Part shown: piece by piece, positions 12,692 to 26,958 of the stretch
Layout: every line of letters begins with the position of its first letter
Numbering within the stretch: the stretch's first letter is position 1
NCBI GenBank assembly: GCA_040954595.2
Contig: CM082598.2
Location: 1,984,001 to 2,048,000, forward strand
DNA: 64,000 nucleotides
Source: Balanoglossus misakiensis
Taxonomy: Eukaryota; Animalia; Hemichordata
Reading direction: 5' to 3'
Position numbers and translations under genes: made by a program
Notes under the pieces: model-generated
Databases searched by the model: none
What the model saw: only the letters and a program-made list of their open reading frames with translations
What the model was told of the DNA's origin: nothing

Positions 12692-14367
12692 AAGCTGCAG
12701 TAATTTAAGTTGCAGTATTAAAATCAGACTCCACAAATTCCAGGACCTACAGTTTTTGATGGGTCCCAAAGCAACAGTGCCTTCTGTAGGCCTACAATGT
12801 GGCATTTCCAAAGAATGCAGAAATTCTTCTGAACTGCACAAGTCTCCCTATTTTAACAGGACCACTCTCATCATTTTAACAGATTTAGACTACGTCTTAT
12901 TCCGTAAGAACCTACCTCTTCAAGAGCGATTGTAAAATTTCACTGAAATTGTAAATCTGAATACCGCCCCTGCATTTGAATTAACTCACCTGTTTATTCA
13001 AGGTAGAACATTTTTGATCGGCAGTATACATAAATAACTATAATACTTCTCTACAGATCTATTGCTTATAAATTTTTGTATTTTGAATAGAAAATAATTG
13101 CAAAAGAAGTGTTACTACCCAAGCATCAAAATACATACATTTCATACACTGAATGGTATTTTTACATCCCTAAAATTATGTGCATTTGAGACAGTGTTAT
13201 AAAATATTTTCAAAATTATTACTTTTGATATATGCAGCACAAAGGTTGACCTCATGCCTAAAATAATACATGCAAAATATACAGCCAATCAGAGGTGACT
13301 TGTTTTTTCTTTCCAATCCTCGGGTTCTGATTGGATGGCTAGTAGAAAAGTTGGATTATGCAAAACTATACAGCCAATCATAGCTGAGAAAGTATTCTCC
13401 TTCGCTGATGATTGGTGAAATAAACTATAATTGTATTGCTAAATTTCCATCACCATACTTATGTGTAAATAAGATTTCTCTTCAGAAAAGTGCTGCTGGC
13501 TTTAAGCACCATGAATAATTAAGACAAAAACAAAATAACTTGACCTTTTTTTTGGTTTCTGTCCTAAATTTGTTCATTTTTGCCACATTCAGGTACAAAT
13601 GATCTAAATCATACCAAAAGTGTAACATTTCTAGAGATTATCATATACATACAAAGTAAACCCGCTCACCACAAAAATGAAATAAACCTGAGAAAATAAA
13701 TTATGCAGATGATTAGCAGTTACTATGGAAATGGAAGAAGGAATAATTATAAAAAAAAATGTTTTTCTTAATTCTGAATATACAAAGTTCCGATCAACCC
13801 ATTCTGAGGATAGGAATTTGAGTTGAGAATTAGAACATTGGTTGCCATGAGAACAACAGAATGTCTGGTTGTCAGTGTACACACAAATTGATGACATCAC
13901 TAAATGGTGGTGATACTGTGATGCCTTCTCCTTGTATTTCAATGAAATGACAGCATCAATAAAATGACCTGTGACATCATCAGTTTATGGGTACTGCATG
14001 GATATAAATTTACAAAAATGACCTCAAAAACTGGTGATGTCACCCATGCTGGGTGGCGACTTCAGAACAGAAATGATATGCTAAATTTATTGTTTGTAGA
14101 GTTTCAGCAGATGATGACCTCATCAATTAGTGTGTACGACACAGAACTTTAACACAAATGCCCCCACATGTCACCATATTGTGTGGTGACACCTGCACAC
14201 AATGTGGTACAATTCTTCATGTGTTTAATTCTCTCAAAACGTCACGAGAACAAAATCGTCAACTCAAGTCTTCTGACAATGACGCAAAACCTGTGACATC
14301 GCTGTATTGTACAGTGATTGATTCCACCGCACCACAAGACTAATCGTGGCATAGCAGTTTGTTAACT

Positions 14368-17300
14368 TCACACAGGGATACCTTGTCTAGACTTTGGTTT
14401 AGTTCTGATGGGAGGTGGTGGGTTCGGGTAATTGACATCGGGGGTCTGGTGATAAAAATTCTGCGTGGCGCGCCCTTCAAGTTCGCCATTCTGAATGAGT
14501 TGCTGAGCCGGAATGGCAGTTTCTCTCTTGGGTGGTGGCGGCTTTGTCACCGTCCTCTTCGGTGGTTTGGGAGCTTTGCGTTTCGACGGGCTCTTCTGCG
14601 GCGCTTCGTTGGTGCGTGCGGCGGGGCTCTTCGAGCGCGCACTGACCTGCACCTGGATGGCCACACTGTGCGTGGCGCCCTCGCTGTTGGCGATGGATTC
14701 CTCGTAGCCGTTCACGAACGACGACAGCTCGGTGCTCTCCGGCGGACTGGCCGAGGGGTACGACACGTAGTTGCCCTGTTTGTTGTAGCGACTTCCGTGC
14801 ATTCCCAAACTCTCCAGGGAATCTTCCATGGAGCGTTCGTACGTATCCTCAATGTTATCATACGCGGAACCGTCTGAGTAATGCGAATAGCGCTTGGTTT
14901 CGTCCAACGGGGACGTCGGTCGCGACCCGCTCCCTGACGGATAACTCGTCGGTCGTTCGGCCGGCGCGTGCTGCATGGGTAAGGTGGATGGCGATTCGTC
15001 GATCACATCAGGAGACTCAATCTTCATTCTCCGGAAGTTGTCGTTGCTTTGGCTATCTATTGTCCCGACTGTGCTCATACTGGTGACACTGGTCTGGACC
15101 GACCGTCCCCCATTAGGTGACCTCCATGACCTCGCGTCTGTTGTCGTCCCGGAAACGGCCGTGTACGTGGACGTATTCGACTGAGCAACAGATACGTCTG
15201 AGTTGCTCTCAATCTGCGAGAGTCTGCTGTTCTCTTGATGTATACCATCAACTTTCGCAATTTGTCCTCTTTCGTGCTCGCTGATCGGCTTTCGGATTCC
15301 CGTCGCTTGGAAAAACGTCGACTGCCGAACGATTCCAAACGGCAACTGCGGCAATTCGCTATTCCCCTTCGGCTTTGGAGGCACAATCAGTTTGTTTCTT
15401 CGCAGTTCCGCGATGCTTTCTTGCAGCGCTTCTACCGTGTCATCATCTTTGTACCCAAAGTTCTTTGCAAGGTCTTCTTGAAGATACCACACCGTTTCTT
15501 CCATGTTTTTCTTCAGAATGTATCCTACAAACAATAATCACAGGGAGACGACGTGATTGTAATTTCAAGGGGTCACACACTCAAGCAAGTTTAAAATTCC
15601 GGGACACTTGGAACATTTTTCCTCCAGGATTCACACACTCAAACTAGCTCAAAATTCTGGGACTTCCTAGAAATTTTGTTGGCTGGCTTTTTTCACTTGA
15701 GTGCTGGTCAGGCCCGACCAGCATGGGGAGAACCCTGCTGTACGTGTGTAGAGTAAGAAAACAAATCAAGACTCACGTTTGTGCATCTTCAGTACATTGT
15801 AGGCCATTGCCGTCAGTATCTTCTGACCTTCCAGCATATAAATATCCCACAGCCTTAGTGTCAATGTAAATGGAATCTGAAATATGCAATATACATCAAA
15901 AATTCAATACCGTGTACGATTTACAATTACGTTAACAATAGCACACTCTACCACACAAGGCTGTTTTTTTTTGCAGTTTAATTTAGGAAGGAAAGCACAA
16001 CTTACCCTATCCAAAAAACACTGGAAAAACCACTTCATTGTGTAGAGGCTGGTGAATATATCTCGCTTGTCCTGCAAAAGAAACAAAACTACAGTGAAAC
16101 AAGGAGAGATCTGAAGAGATCATGGACAAAAGTAGGGGAATTTGTTACATGACAATGAGGCTTGAGGTCATGTGACCTAGGGTTTCAAATTGGGAAACTG
16201 AACATCTCTGCTTTTGATTGGTTCATGATATCACACAGGAATGACATTAGCCAATCAGGGTAACTGTTACATCAGAGTGCCCCAATCATACGTACCATGT
16301 GCTTCTTCACTTTAGGTAGGAGTTTCTTCATGATTCTGTCGTGATGGTCTTGAAACCTAAGAAGCTTCGGAAAGCCTGGAATGAAAAAACCTGTGGAAGG
16401 AAGACAGAAACGGGAACAGTGAATTTGAGACAAAAGAAGGAATTGTCGCAAAAATTTATTGCAAATCCCAGATGAAAGCACCCTGAATTTATTGTCAGGT
16501 TGAAAACTTACCATGCATAGAATGTTTAGTGTCTGTTAAGAGTTGCGACATTCCCCAGAAAGCGTCTTCTTCGTTGAGGTACATCAGTAAGAGAGCTGCG
16601 ATTTGACTCATCCCCTGGCAATAGCCAACCTCCTGTCAAATCAAAGACAAAACGACATATTAAACAGAACAGCTAACCTGTCAATCAAAGGTGAATGAAC
16701 CAATCAGACTCCAGTACTAATTAGCATGCAGATTTGCAGTCAAATCATGGCCTTTCTACCTTTATACTTTTTGCTATATTGAAATGTGAGGGAGGCACAC
16801 AAAAACATAAATTATCACGTAAACTTTGTCAACTTACAGTATTGTACATTGAGTAAGCTGCCAGGACATGGAATAGTGCTTGTTGCCTGTAAATAAAACA
16901 GATAACAGAGATGAAGTGTGTTATAAACAACACTGTGCCCCTTGAAAAACTAATGGTCAAAATTTCAAATTTAAACGTTATTCAATATACTTCCAATGGG
17001 AACCTCATAGGACAAGATGTCAACTTGTGATTGAAAGAAAAATGCTTTCACTTACTTGACACCATATCTATCCCTAAACATGATGTGATCTCGATACGTT
17101 CTATTGACATCCAGATCAATCTGTCTGATATCAGGAGATGTGCCCCTCGCACGGTATTTCATTTTCTGTCACAAGAAAAACACAGTAAAAATTTGATAAG
17201 ATTCCACTTTCAACACGATGCAAAAACATTAGACATCAGTTTGCCAAATTATCAAATCTTCAGTTAACGCTACATTAGCTGTAACTGTACAGTATGTTTT

Positions 17301-20300
17301 CAGTATTTTTGTTTTGTGGGCTAGTCCACTTTTTATAAGGGGTGGTGGGTTTGAGTCTCACCTCATAGATGCCTGGTTGTTCATCCTTGACTTTCTTGAG
17401 TTCCAGTAACCTCGACCAAATATCTCCCCTTATAGATAGTGGTATTCCTTTGTAAATCCTTCTTTGTAACTAAAACAAAGAAAATACAATAGATGATTTC
17501 TGGCAATTGGAGATCTTGCAAGACTTGGTTAATTACAAATACAATTGGTTGAGTGAAGACACACACAGACTGGATCACTCCAATCGCAGCTTATTTTGCC
17601 AAGACAACTTTTTTGATCTACATACTTTTTCGCTAGGGTAGTATTTATCCCAATTCTTCATCATTTTCAGCCATTTCTGAAGTCGTTCCATTTCTGTCGA
17701 TTTGGCCTGGAAATACAAACAATTGAAATATATTAATACAGTTGCCTTTTAAAAAGTATACAGTCACCACATATGCCCATATATGATTATAAAGGTACAT
17801 TTAAGTTTTGTAAAGAACGTAAGGTGGTACTTTTCTTCGCATGGCCAATCTGTGAGAAATTGGCAAGATCTCAACTTTCTCGGCTAAATTTGCATAGGTG
17901 ACCGTGTATCTTTAATGATAAATATTCATAAACTTTTCCAGAATAAATCATGAATCTTACCCTTTGTTCCTCCTCATCAGCATGGGCTGGCAGTTCATTT
18001 TCACTACAAATAAAAGAGATTTATTTCAGCAAAATATTTCAGATCAAAAACACAAACAACAGATTAGTTGGTGAATGCCACTTGGCATGAAGATTTTCCT
18101 GTGCAAAGTCCCGTTTTTGAGGTCTGGTATTCTTGTTTTGCTGTCCACTGGTTCTGATTCTCAACTACTGGAATATTCTATCTCTCCAGATTACACTTAC
18201 TGCAAGAAGCCGTATCGGTCAGTCACTTTGTAGACTCTAAAACTTGCGTCCTCCCAAGGATCAATTTCAACACCACTGTCTCGGCCCTGTGAAGTGACGA
18301 GAGAGAGAGAATTTTATTCAAAAGTAGGATCACATTTCCAACGAGAAGAAATCATGTCAAACTATATTTAATCTAGCAACGCACATACCGGGGTAATTAA
18401 TAGTTTCGAAATGGTTAAGGCCATCACAGATAATTACTTTTGAAAAATCTATGTCCAGTGCTCCAGGCATTAGATTAAGTCGAGCTATTAGACTATTTAG
18501 GCTACAGTATCTGCAACCAATGTCAGTGTATGATGCAGTCATCCTATATGCAAATTTCACTATTCACTTACCCTATCATATCGGTGGACAATCTCAGCCC
18601 GTTCCTGATTGGCTCTTTCTAATGCTTCATAGTCTGCATACTCTGAAATCAAAGAAAATATTGAAAATGTCCATTTATAGCAAAGATCACATTGAATTAT
18701 GAAATTCACTGCGCAAGTCTGCACTTATATGAAATCTAAACACTTCAATAGTCCATACTATGATTTCATTATTGATTTTAAACATTATAAGAAGAGGGCC
18801 ACAATTTCTCACAAACTCACACAGCAAGTATGTACCGTATATAAAATAGTCACTTCCTGAAATTTACAAATGTATCTCATATATGGCATATACAAATACA
18901 TGCACCAAGGTGTGCCCTACGTAAATGAATCCACCTTTATTAATTTGTCTGCTTCATTTCCGTCTCGATCGTAACTGACCTCTGACCTCTAAGCACCTTT
19001 CATACGCTAATTTTGAGTGCAAAGGTCACCAATCCTCAACACAGCATGCATCAGAATCTGAAATGCTCTTTCACTGTTTACTCAATTCAGCATCATTACG
19101 TGCTGTATATGTATAGTCAGAAAAATGGGACAAAATGCTTTCAATAAGACTAGTCTCAGTTAGATCGTTACATTCTATTCATAATTATTGTTCTGTCCCA
19201 GTTAATTTCAAATAAAATATATTCCCCTGCAATACATGCAAATATACCACATCATTTGCACCAGACTCATGATCACACATTACATAACGTTTCACCTTGA
19301 CTGAATCCATAAAACACAACCATAATCATTATTAATATTAAAACACATATTGCAGTTCCTTCCTAATGTTATAGTATTATTGACTCTGCGATATTAATTT
19401 ATTTTTGTCCTTGAGTGCCTAGTACTTTTCATTCTTATCAGGCTTTAAGTGGAAGTGTTCACACGATAAAGGGATAAATTATTAATTACAGCTAATCTTC
19501 TTTATGCATACGTGTGGTGCCGACTGGATTTTCATCAAGGCCTGTAATCTCTCTACTTAAAGGGCCATGATCGTGTTATGGGCATACATGTGCCAAACCA
19601 GAGACTCTGGTTACAAAAGTTGTGTACAGTCAATGTCATAAGGCTGTGTGCTGTCCTAACATAGTCTCAGTGTGTTGGAGATCGGGAAAGGACGAAGGCA
19701 GTCCACTATTTGAATGCTCTGAATGCAAAATTTGCAGAACATTTGGAAATGGTTGTAATGTTTGTACACATGAAAGATGATCGTCAGCCTTTAAACGTTA
19801 AAGGGGGGATGTTGTCTGAACTGCACATGTGCGAGTTTTCTTTATAAACTCACCATCAACATGGCTGCCTATAAGAATAACCACAAGTTACACTGGGCGC
19901 CACAGTCATTTCAACACAATGAGCTATCAGATGACAAACATGGTGGTTCATCCTTGATTTCAGTTCACTGCAACATCACATTAGCCGTCTACATGCCATT
20001 ACTGTGCCTGCATATTCGGAAAATGTCGATTAAGCCATTTCCTGATCTGATAAAAACTGATTAATACTCATATTCTGAATCCCTTGGGACTTGTTGAAGC
20101 TTTTAACTCACCATGAAAGGTCCCGGTAAATGAAACTCAGACTGATTTTGTTTTTTTACGTATAATTTGCTTATCTATGACGGTGCATTATCCAGACATA
20201 AACATCATTAAATTAATATCTTTTTTATACTGGGCTGATATTCCAAGGTCGATGATAAAATGATGGTTGGTTTCACATTGCCAACCCTTTGACCCCTATA

Positions 20301-23300
20301 TAAATATGTGCAGACCCACTATCCCTCAGGAAAAAACTGTGGCTTAGACCACAGTGATGTGATGAGGGGTAATAACAAACAAATTTTACCATGATACACA
20401 CATCTAGACAATATGTTCTGATGTTCAGTTTTATGTATGGTATGGTTTTAACTTCAGACTTTATACCAGTATTATTATTAGGTGAAGCTAAAATAGCCAC
20501 TGAACACAGCAACCTTATATCTATTTGTACATGTTTGTGTTTCTAGGTTTGTCCTATTCACAGGACAGGATTTTTATGAAACCCGGGTTAGTGTAAACCG
20601 CAACTGTAAATATAAGTATCATTCATATTGGCAAAATACCACAAGGACCTAGTCTGAGTCTGGACTGATGGATAGATTCAATTGATCAGTGTCCAGACTT
20701 GCACAGTTAATTGAAGTCAGTGCTGGAATCAGGAGCAGAAGTGCATTATACACACTAAATTTGAATCAGTTTTTATGTATGTAGGCCAACCATGCATATA
20801 ATACAAGATGCCAATTTCAAACTCTGTACTCAAAAGAAGTATTTCACATATTCATAGCTGTGAAATTGTACATACACCACTGAATGCTGGATCAGATCAC
20901 TTACAGCCGCGCTATTTATAAATAAGATTTACAAGGTCAAACCAAAGGTCAATCAACTGTACATCACACATGTTTAACATACTTGCCGTCTGACACTATT
21001 TGAGAGCCTGATGTTTTTCCACACACCTAACATGGTAACATCAATGACCCCATAGGGTCACTGTCAAAAACACAACAGCCTTATTACACACTACTCTAGT
21101 TTGAAATAATTATTCAGAATCATACTAGAAATCTGTCCTGTGAAGTTGAGCTTCACTCTGTGTGCATTTTTAAGTGAAGTTCAATAGTTTTCAAATGAAA
21201 AGCCTACAAAAGCCTAGCAAATCATCGGACCCTCAAAGGCAGATCTACATGTATTTGCCCTCTATTTTATTTACCGGTACTATTTTCTGCAACTCATGTA
21301 ACTGCTCGTACAAGTACCTGTAACAAGACAACACGTCCCATATAAAGATTAAGTGAGAATACAGACTTTGTTATTTACTACAAGTGTAGAAACTCTGCAC
21401 TGAATTTTATTTCATCATGAAAATTTATTAGGGATCGGTTTCCTTGTTATATGGCATACTTGTCCTATCGGCCAGAGTTTACACACTGACACACCCTGAA
21501 ATATTCAAGTTAGGTCCACAGATGTTTTGTGTTTCTTGTTTTGTCTAATTAACGGTAAGTTTTCAGAATTCAAACTTTCAAAGACTTTTCAAGAGCAGTT
21601 TTTCAATTTCATGACTTTTCAATTTTCTAGGAGTGTATGTAATCCCTGCATCCAGATATGCTATTGCGATCTCTCTCGATCTTCAACTGCAAGAACTAAT
21701 CAAAGTACACACAGCCCAACCTGGTAGTGGGTTAAAGGTGACGCAGGCAAAGATCAGATAATAGCATGTGTACAAAAACTATTGTACATCTATCCCCGAT
21801 TCTGTTTCAATTTTGTTAATAATTAAAACTCACAACATAAGCCATTGAGTATTACTTGGCTAGCAACCCGTTGCTAAGGTAATTTACCAAATCTTGCGAG
21901 ATCTCGCGATAAGTGAAAAATGATATATTGCTACAATTGTCAGAGCATGTCCATGGCATCTGTAAGACTTAACGTCTGTACTGTAAAACCTATCTTAACC
22001 AAACCCTGTATAATCTGGAACCTGTCTGTACTGAAACCTCTTCTTGAAAATCCCCTCCCCACATAAATCAAATGGTTCTTCCCTAAGTTCTGATCTGTAC
22101 TCTATCTGTGATATATGTTAGTTTCTGCACATGTTTATTTCATATTTTTCATGTGTGTAGATGTTACATTGGATGCAGGCAATCTCATTCAATTTTCATG
22201 AAAGTATCCTTTCTCCCAAGCATCAGGAGGAAATTCTGTGACTATTATGACAAGCCCTGTGATAGAATAACGCTGTCTACACCTCGAGGAGAAACTGCCC
22301 TTACTCAGGAAAATTCCATTACTTTTGGAGATGGTGGAGTGATCTAAGATTGATTGAACAGTAATGGGTTTATTAACTATTCATGCATCTCAAGGGAAAT
22401 CCTTGCCCTTTAGTGCATAGATTGCATGATATAAACAGAAACTGACATGAATTTATCTTGCTGAAACCCATGCATAATATCCCGCCTAGTCCCATTTGCA
22501 AATTGCGTTTTTTCGCATTTTGTGTTGAGTACAGATACAAGTCAATCTATCATTCTAGAATTCTGATTGTGAAGAATCAAACAGTACCCATCCAGTGGCG
22601 GTGGAATTTCTATTCAGGAAACTACCCAGTGGTTCCAGAATTCCTGGGAATGAAATTTTATCTGGTGTATTTTTTTCTCAGCTCAGGGATCATGAACTTC
22701 CTACCACCGGGCACAATTAAATTCACCAAACAGAAATACCGCAGTTATGGAAATCAGAACCGAGGACTTCTGCGGGGGGTTAGATGCTACTGCATCCGTT
22801 TTTGTGACCATATGACCCTTGACCCTTTTGCAGCTCCCAAAAAGCAACAAGACCAACTTGGCTGAAGTAAAAGCTTCCTAGGCTATAAGTCAATCATGTG
22901 AAGACATATTTTCCACGCCTTTTGATAGTTTGCAAATAATCAGCTGACTTTCATAACCTTAAAGTTCATAAGGAAATGAAAGTGAAACAATTACTGATAA
23001 CAATTCCATTATGGAAGTATGTACAGATGGATTTTCTAGATAAAATTCAGAAGGAATACATAAACATATGGTGAGATGTCAGATTTATTGTAGAATGGAG
23101 AATGTAGCTTTACAGAATCTCGATTTTAAGGAAGCGTTTTGGTCATTTTTGTCTTCCTCTGTGCCATTACATCATTTTCCCCTCGGTCATCAAATTATTT
23201 ATCCTTAAACTGTTCAGATCAGTTCTTTTCCAATGAGCTAGAACCAGGCTAACACTAGGCTGGCTCAGTGTTAGCTGATCGCCACTGTGTTTCTGTACGT

Positions 23301-25235
23301 GAAGCGTTCTGAAATGACTACAGTAATCATCAAAATTGTTTTCAAGTGAACATTCACAAATGTATAGTCAATTTAAAAAACTTCTTTCCAAATTCCAACA
23401 TGAACTCTGGTGAAATAGTAAAGCATATTCAGGCGGTCAGGCCAACAATTTGATTTGCAATCCGACAGTTACAATGCAAGACTGAAAATTGAACAAATTC
23501 TGGACAACTGAACTGATTGCAGCAAGTATACAGATTGGATTCAGCACTCTAATTCACATGTGTTATTATTACTTGAAACTAGATGTCGCAAATTTCTTGA
23601 CTCTCAGACAATTTTAATTACTCAGACAGGATTATGGGATTTGTCGAACTCCTGTATTATGTAATAATTGATTTGGGATTGGCCATACCTGAATATTACC
23701 AGTGATGTAACCAGGGATCATATTTCTTGTCTTTTGTGTCATGCAAGTTATTTGAAATGTTTTATGGAAGCACAATAGTTCATTAGTCATAACGTATACG
23801 TAATCACCATCATGATCTCATTCAGGGGGTGCCAAGACTTGACACGGGTAAGCAGAAATTTACCACACAAATGCAAGATATGTAACTTCATTTTTGAAGT
23901 AACAATTTCCACATCCTTAAACTCACATTCTCAGCCCAATGTTAAAGCTACTATGTCTGCAATAATGACATTCCCATTCTGTTCTTACGGATTTGAGAGT
24001 CCAGACTGCATCCGTACTCAAATGTTTACTTCCGATTGCTATTGTGTGATTTTCTTTAAACTCCTCAGTTATTTCTGATCGCTATTGTTAGATTTTGTAT
24101 AAACCAGAAAGGGGAGATTGTGTAATTAAGTCTTGGGGGATTTATTCTGCTTCTGAAAAGGGTATCTCCATTACTATAGTTACTAATGAAAGCAGGATGA
24201 TTACTTCTGTTAAATGCCTAAACTGAGCATTCCGTAAAAAAATTAATTTACTTGTACATCATTTTTTCCTTTGAATTTTGATTTTCTTGGAATTCTCTAC
24301 TACATGTACCATGGTACAGTGGTATGTTATTATCTTTTAGTAAAAAACACCATCCTAGTCAAAATGCTTTGTACCCCAAAAGGCGGATATCAGTACCAAC
24401 ACAGCCCCAGACACACATAACAGGAAACCACTGCTTGTACAAAATTTAGTATATATCTCATCACTAATTGTCAATACGTAAATTCAATTGCCAATCGACC
24501 TTGGAGTTAAAACCAAATTATTTTTTCTTGTCTGGAATGTATGTAGTATTTCTCACTTGTTGAACTTGGTCTAATATTCCAATGATTCTAATTGCCCCAT
24601 AGTACAGACATGTGACCTATATCTTGTCACCACATAGATGAGAAAAAATACATGGGTTCGAAGAATATTATAAATACCCTAGCCCCCCACTTGCATTCAA
24701 GTGTGTCATCCGACCCCTGGGAATAAAGCACGCCTCTATAAATGATAGTTAACTATATCATCTAAAAATAACTAGCTGATGGAGGCATTAATGCTGCAGC
24801 TTATAAACATGGTCACATTGTGGGTTATGTGGGGTCGATATGGCCATATGACACTCAACACCAATAAATGGACCCACGCGAGGATCACGTTACAATAACT
24901 ACAATCCAGTGAATGTGTGTATGGTTTAAACACCGTTGCTGTGTATAGTTTTGGTGGAATTCTGATAAAAGAACTATTATTGAAGACCCAATTATTACAT
25001 GGTTTCTCAGCAGTCTGTAGGAAGCCATAGGGACATAGGTCAAAACATCTGGGATGGGCTCCGATAAGACAGTCCCCACCCTTTTCTCTGACAACCATGA
25101 AATCTGTACCACAATCTGCATCAAACTTTACGCCGATCTGATGTTATGGAACCTCTACAAAAGAGAGTCTTTCGGGGAACCGGACCTTCCGTGAAGTTAT
25201 TCGATCAAGGCGGAAATCAACACCGACTTACCCAT
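14368..25235 (-). CDS. USP6NL: USP6 N-terminal-like / RN-tre TBC-domain Rab GTPase-activating protein, about 696 aa, 13 coding exons
   Basis: Exons (minus): 25235-25232, 18642-18572, 18286-18201, 18003-17961, 17706-17626, 17469-17362, 17165-17056, 16886-16838, 16632-16512, 16390-16296, 16071-16006, 15876-15777, 15524-14368. All GT-AG, phases close, total 2091 nt. Translation includes [49 protein letters not shown] (Arg finger), GYCQGMS (Gln finger), [28 protein letters not shown] and [12 protein letters not shown], which match RN-tre/USP6NL. The 4-nt first coding exon is the least certain part. Confidence 0.93.
21852..21912. promoter_or_regulatory. Candidate intronic promoter/enhancer: RFX X-box-like sites plus tandem TCTCGCGAGA-like motifs
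   Basis: TAGCAAC-CC-GTTGCTAAGGTAAT (21861-21883) followed by TCTTGCGAGA TCTCGCGATA (21892-21911), within USP6NL intron 1. Confidence 0.4.
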
Positions 25236-25624
25236 GTTCGAATGTTTTCCAAAAGTTTCCTGTTGATGCACGACCACTTCCGCAGCTCGGCGACGGTACA
25301 CTTATAAATTACAGTCCAAACTAGTCCACATACCAAACGACAGAATCAAAGGTTCCCTAAAAAATACCCGATCTTCCTAATAGTTCGAAACGTCAGAGCA
25401 GTGACGATGTAAACACGCTAGACACATGAATCAACTCGTATTCCATTCAATGCGATCGGCGCAGGCCAGCTGCCGAGCAAACAACAAAATACAGTCCGAC
25501 AGGCGATCTGGTTATTCCCGAAGATCTGACGTCTGTCGCACGGGATACTTCGGGTCTTCGTAGCGTCACACTACCCAGGACAGGTCCACGAAAGATACAG
25601 GAAATTGGGAGGACTAACAAGGAA

Positions 25625-25700
25625 TTCGTACGCCATTTTGGGAAAACACCTCCCTAAACCTTGTGATCACGTGACTTTATTTTTTTCCTATGGCGCTGTG
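25625..25700. promoter_or_regulatory. USP6NL promoter region (YY1 motif and E-box)
   Basis: CGCCATTTTG at 25631-25640 and TCACGTGAC at about 25667-25675, in a CpG-enriched stretch upstream of the first USP6NL exon. Confidence 0.5.
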
Positions 25701-26085
25701 GATTATGGGTATAAAACAACTTTGAGTGCGACAAAGTTACTTTTACATTGAAAACACAACAAATGTTTTGGTTTGATTGTTTTTTTTGGCAGATCGATGA
25801 CATTCAGTGGTATGCTAGTGTTCATACCAAGGCAAATAAAAGGACACAGCATGTGAAAGTCCGCAACTTGCTGAACTTTGTAGGTGGGGAGGGGAATAGA
25901 ACTCACACTCTCACCAATGCACATAAAACAAGACAACTTTCTGGTGGTAACAAATGATTTACTTTTAATACGACTTTGTCAATAATGAACATAACAACAG
26001 AATAAACGAAATAATCACTTTTTACAAACTATCCGTACCGTGATTTTGTTTCCAGGCTGGTGTGGTATACTGGCTAATCCTTGTG

Positions 26086-26224
26086 TAGCTGAAGTTCAGT
26101 AGCTCGATGTTTTTTCCTTGGTTTGTGCGGCAAAACCATAGCTTGGTGTTTTGTCTTGGTTTGTGTGTTAGACGGCCCTCCAACACACAAACGAGCCAAG
26201 ACTCGAGCTACTGAACTTCAGCTA
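26086..26224. mobile_element. About 140-bp MITE with perfect 22-bp terminal inverted repeats
   Basis: TAGCTGAAGTTCAGTAGCTCGA (26086-26107) ... TCGAGCTACTGAACTTCAGCTA (26203-26224); TA at both ends; internal hairpin GTCTTGGTTTGTGTGTT/AACACACAAACGAGCCAAGAC. Confidence 0.8.
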
Positions 26225-26672
26225 GACCTCGTAGTGAGTTTCACTTTCGACGAACTCTGTCAGGGTTTCTGGCGCGGTTCCTGTGTCGAACGCACTTTAG
26301 GCTGTCTCCGAATTAAGAACATCCACAGGCATAAAAAAAATTAAAAGCTCAAAAATGAGACTGTGGGCACTGAACAGCTCCGGCGAACACGACTGCAATG
26401 ACGAGGAAAGTGAATCGGCCACCAAAGACCTAATACCTTTGCAGGGGTCTAATTAACAAAAGTTACACGTTTTACTAATGAGCACATTTGTGATTTATGC
26501 AAAATTAGTCCATGTCCATTGGCAGCACATGCAATCACCACATTCCTGTAATAGCTATAGTACATGTAGTTTGGTTCAATTCCTGCCCCAATGTTACCAT
26601 TGGCTGCACTGTCCCGATTGTTGCAGCAGAACCTGTTCTTCCATAGGGAACTTTAATAGGAGTCTTGCCCGA

Positions 26673-26730
26673 CGTTGTTGTTGTTGTCAATGATGATGAT
26701 GATGATGATGATGATGATGGTGGTGGTGAT
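26673..26730. repeat. (GTT)n-(GAT)n-(GGT)n compound microsatellite
   Basis: Direct reading. Confidence 0.9.
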
Positions 26731-26958
26731 GATATATCGAATATAGTCATACAACACCACGCGTGCCATTACGTATTGTCATTTTCATGAACATCTGTTA
26801 CCAATCATAAGATTTATTATAATTTCTGTATTCTCTGTTATGTAACCCACTTCCAATTATGGAATTATAATTCGTGAATATTAAATTAATGTGAATTTTG
26901 GTGAGTTTGCAATTTCACGAAAGTCTCCATTGCTACTCTGGCAGATAGATTGGCCACC

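Noticed and set aside
14359-15647. Plus-strand ORFs (172, 100, 90 aa) overlapping the last USP6NL exon
   Set aside because: Antisense shadows of a GC-richer coding exon; no motifs, and they do not extend as spliced genes.
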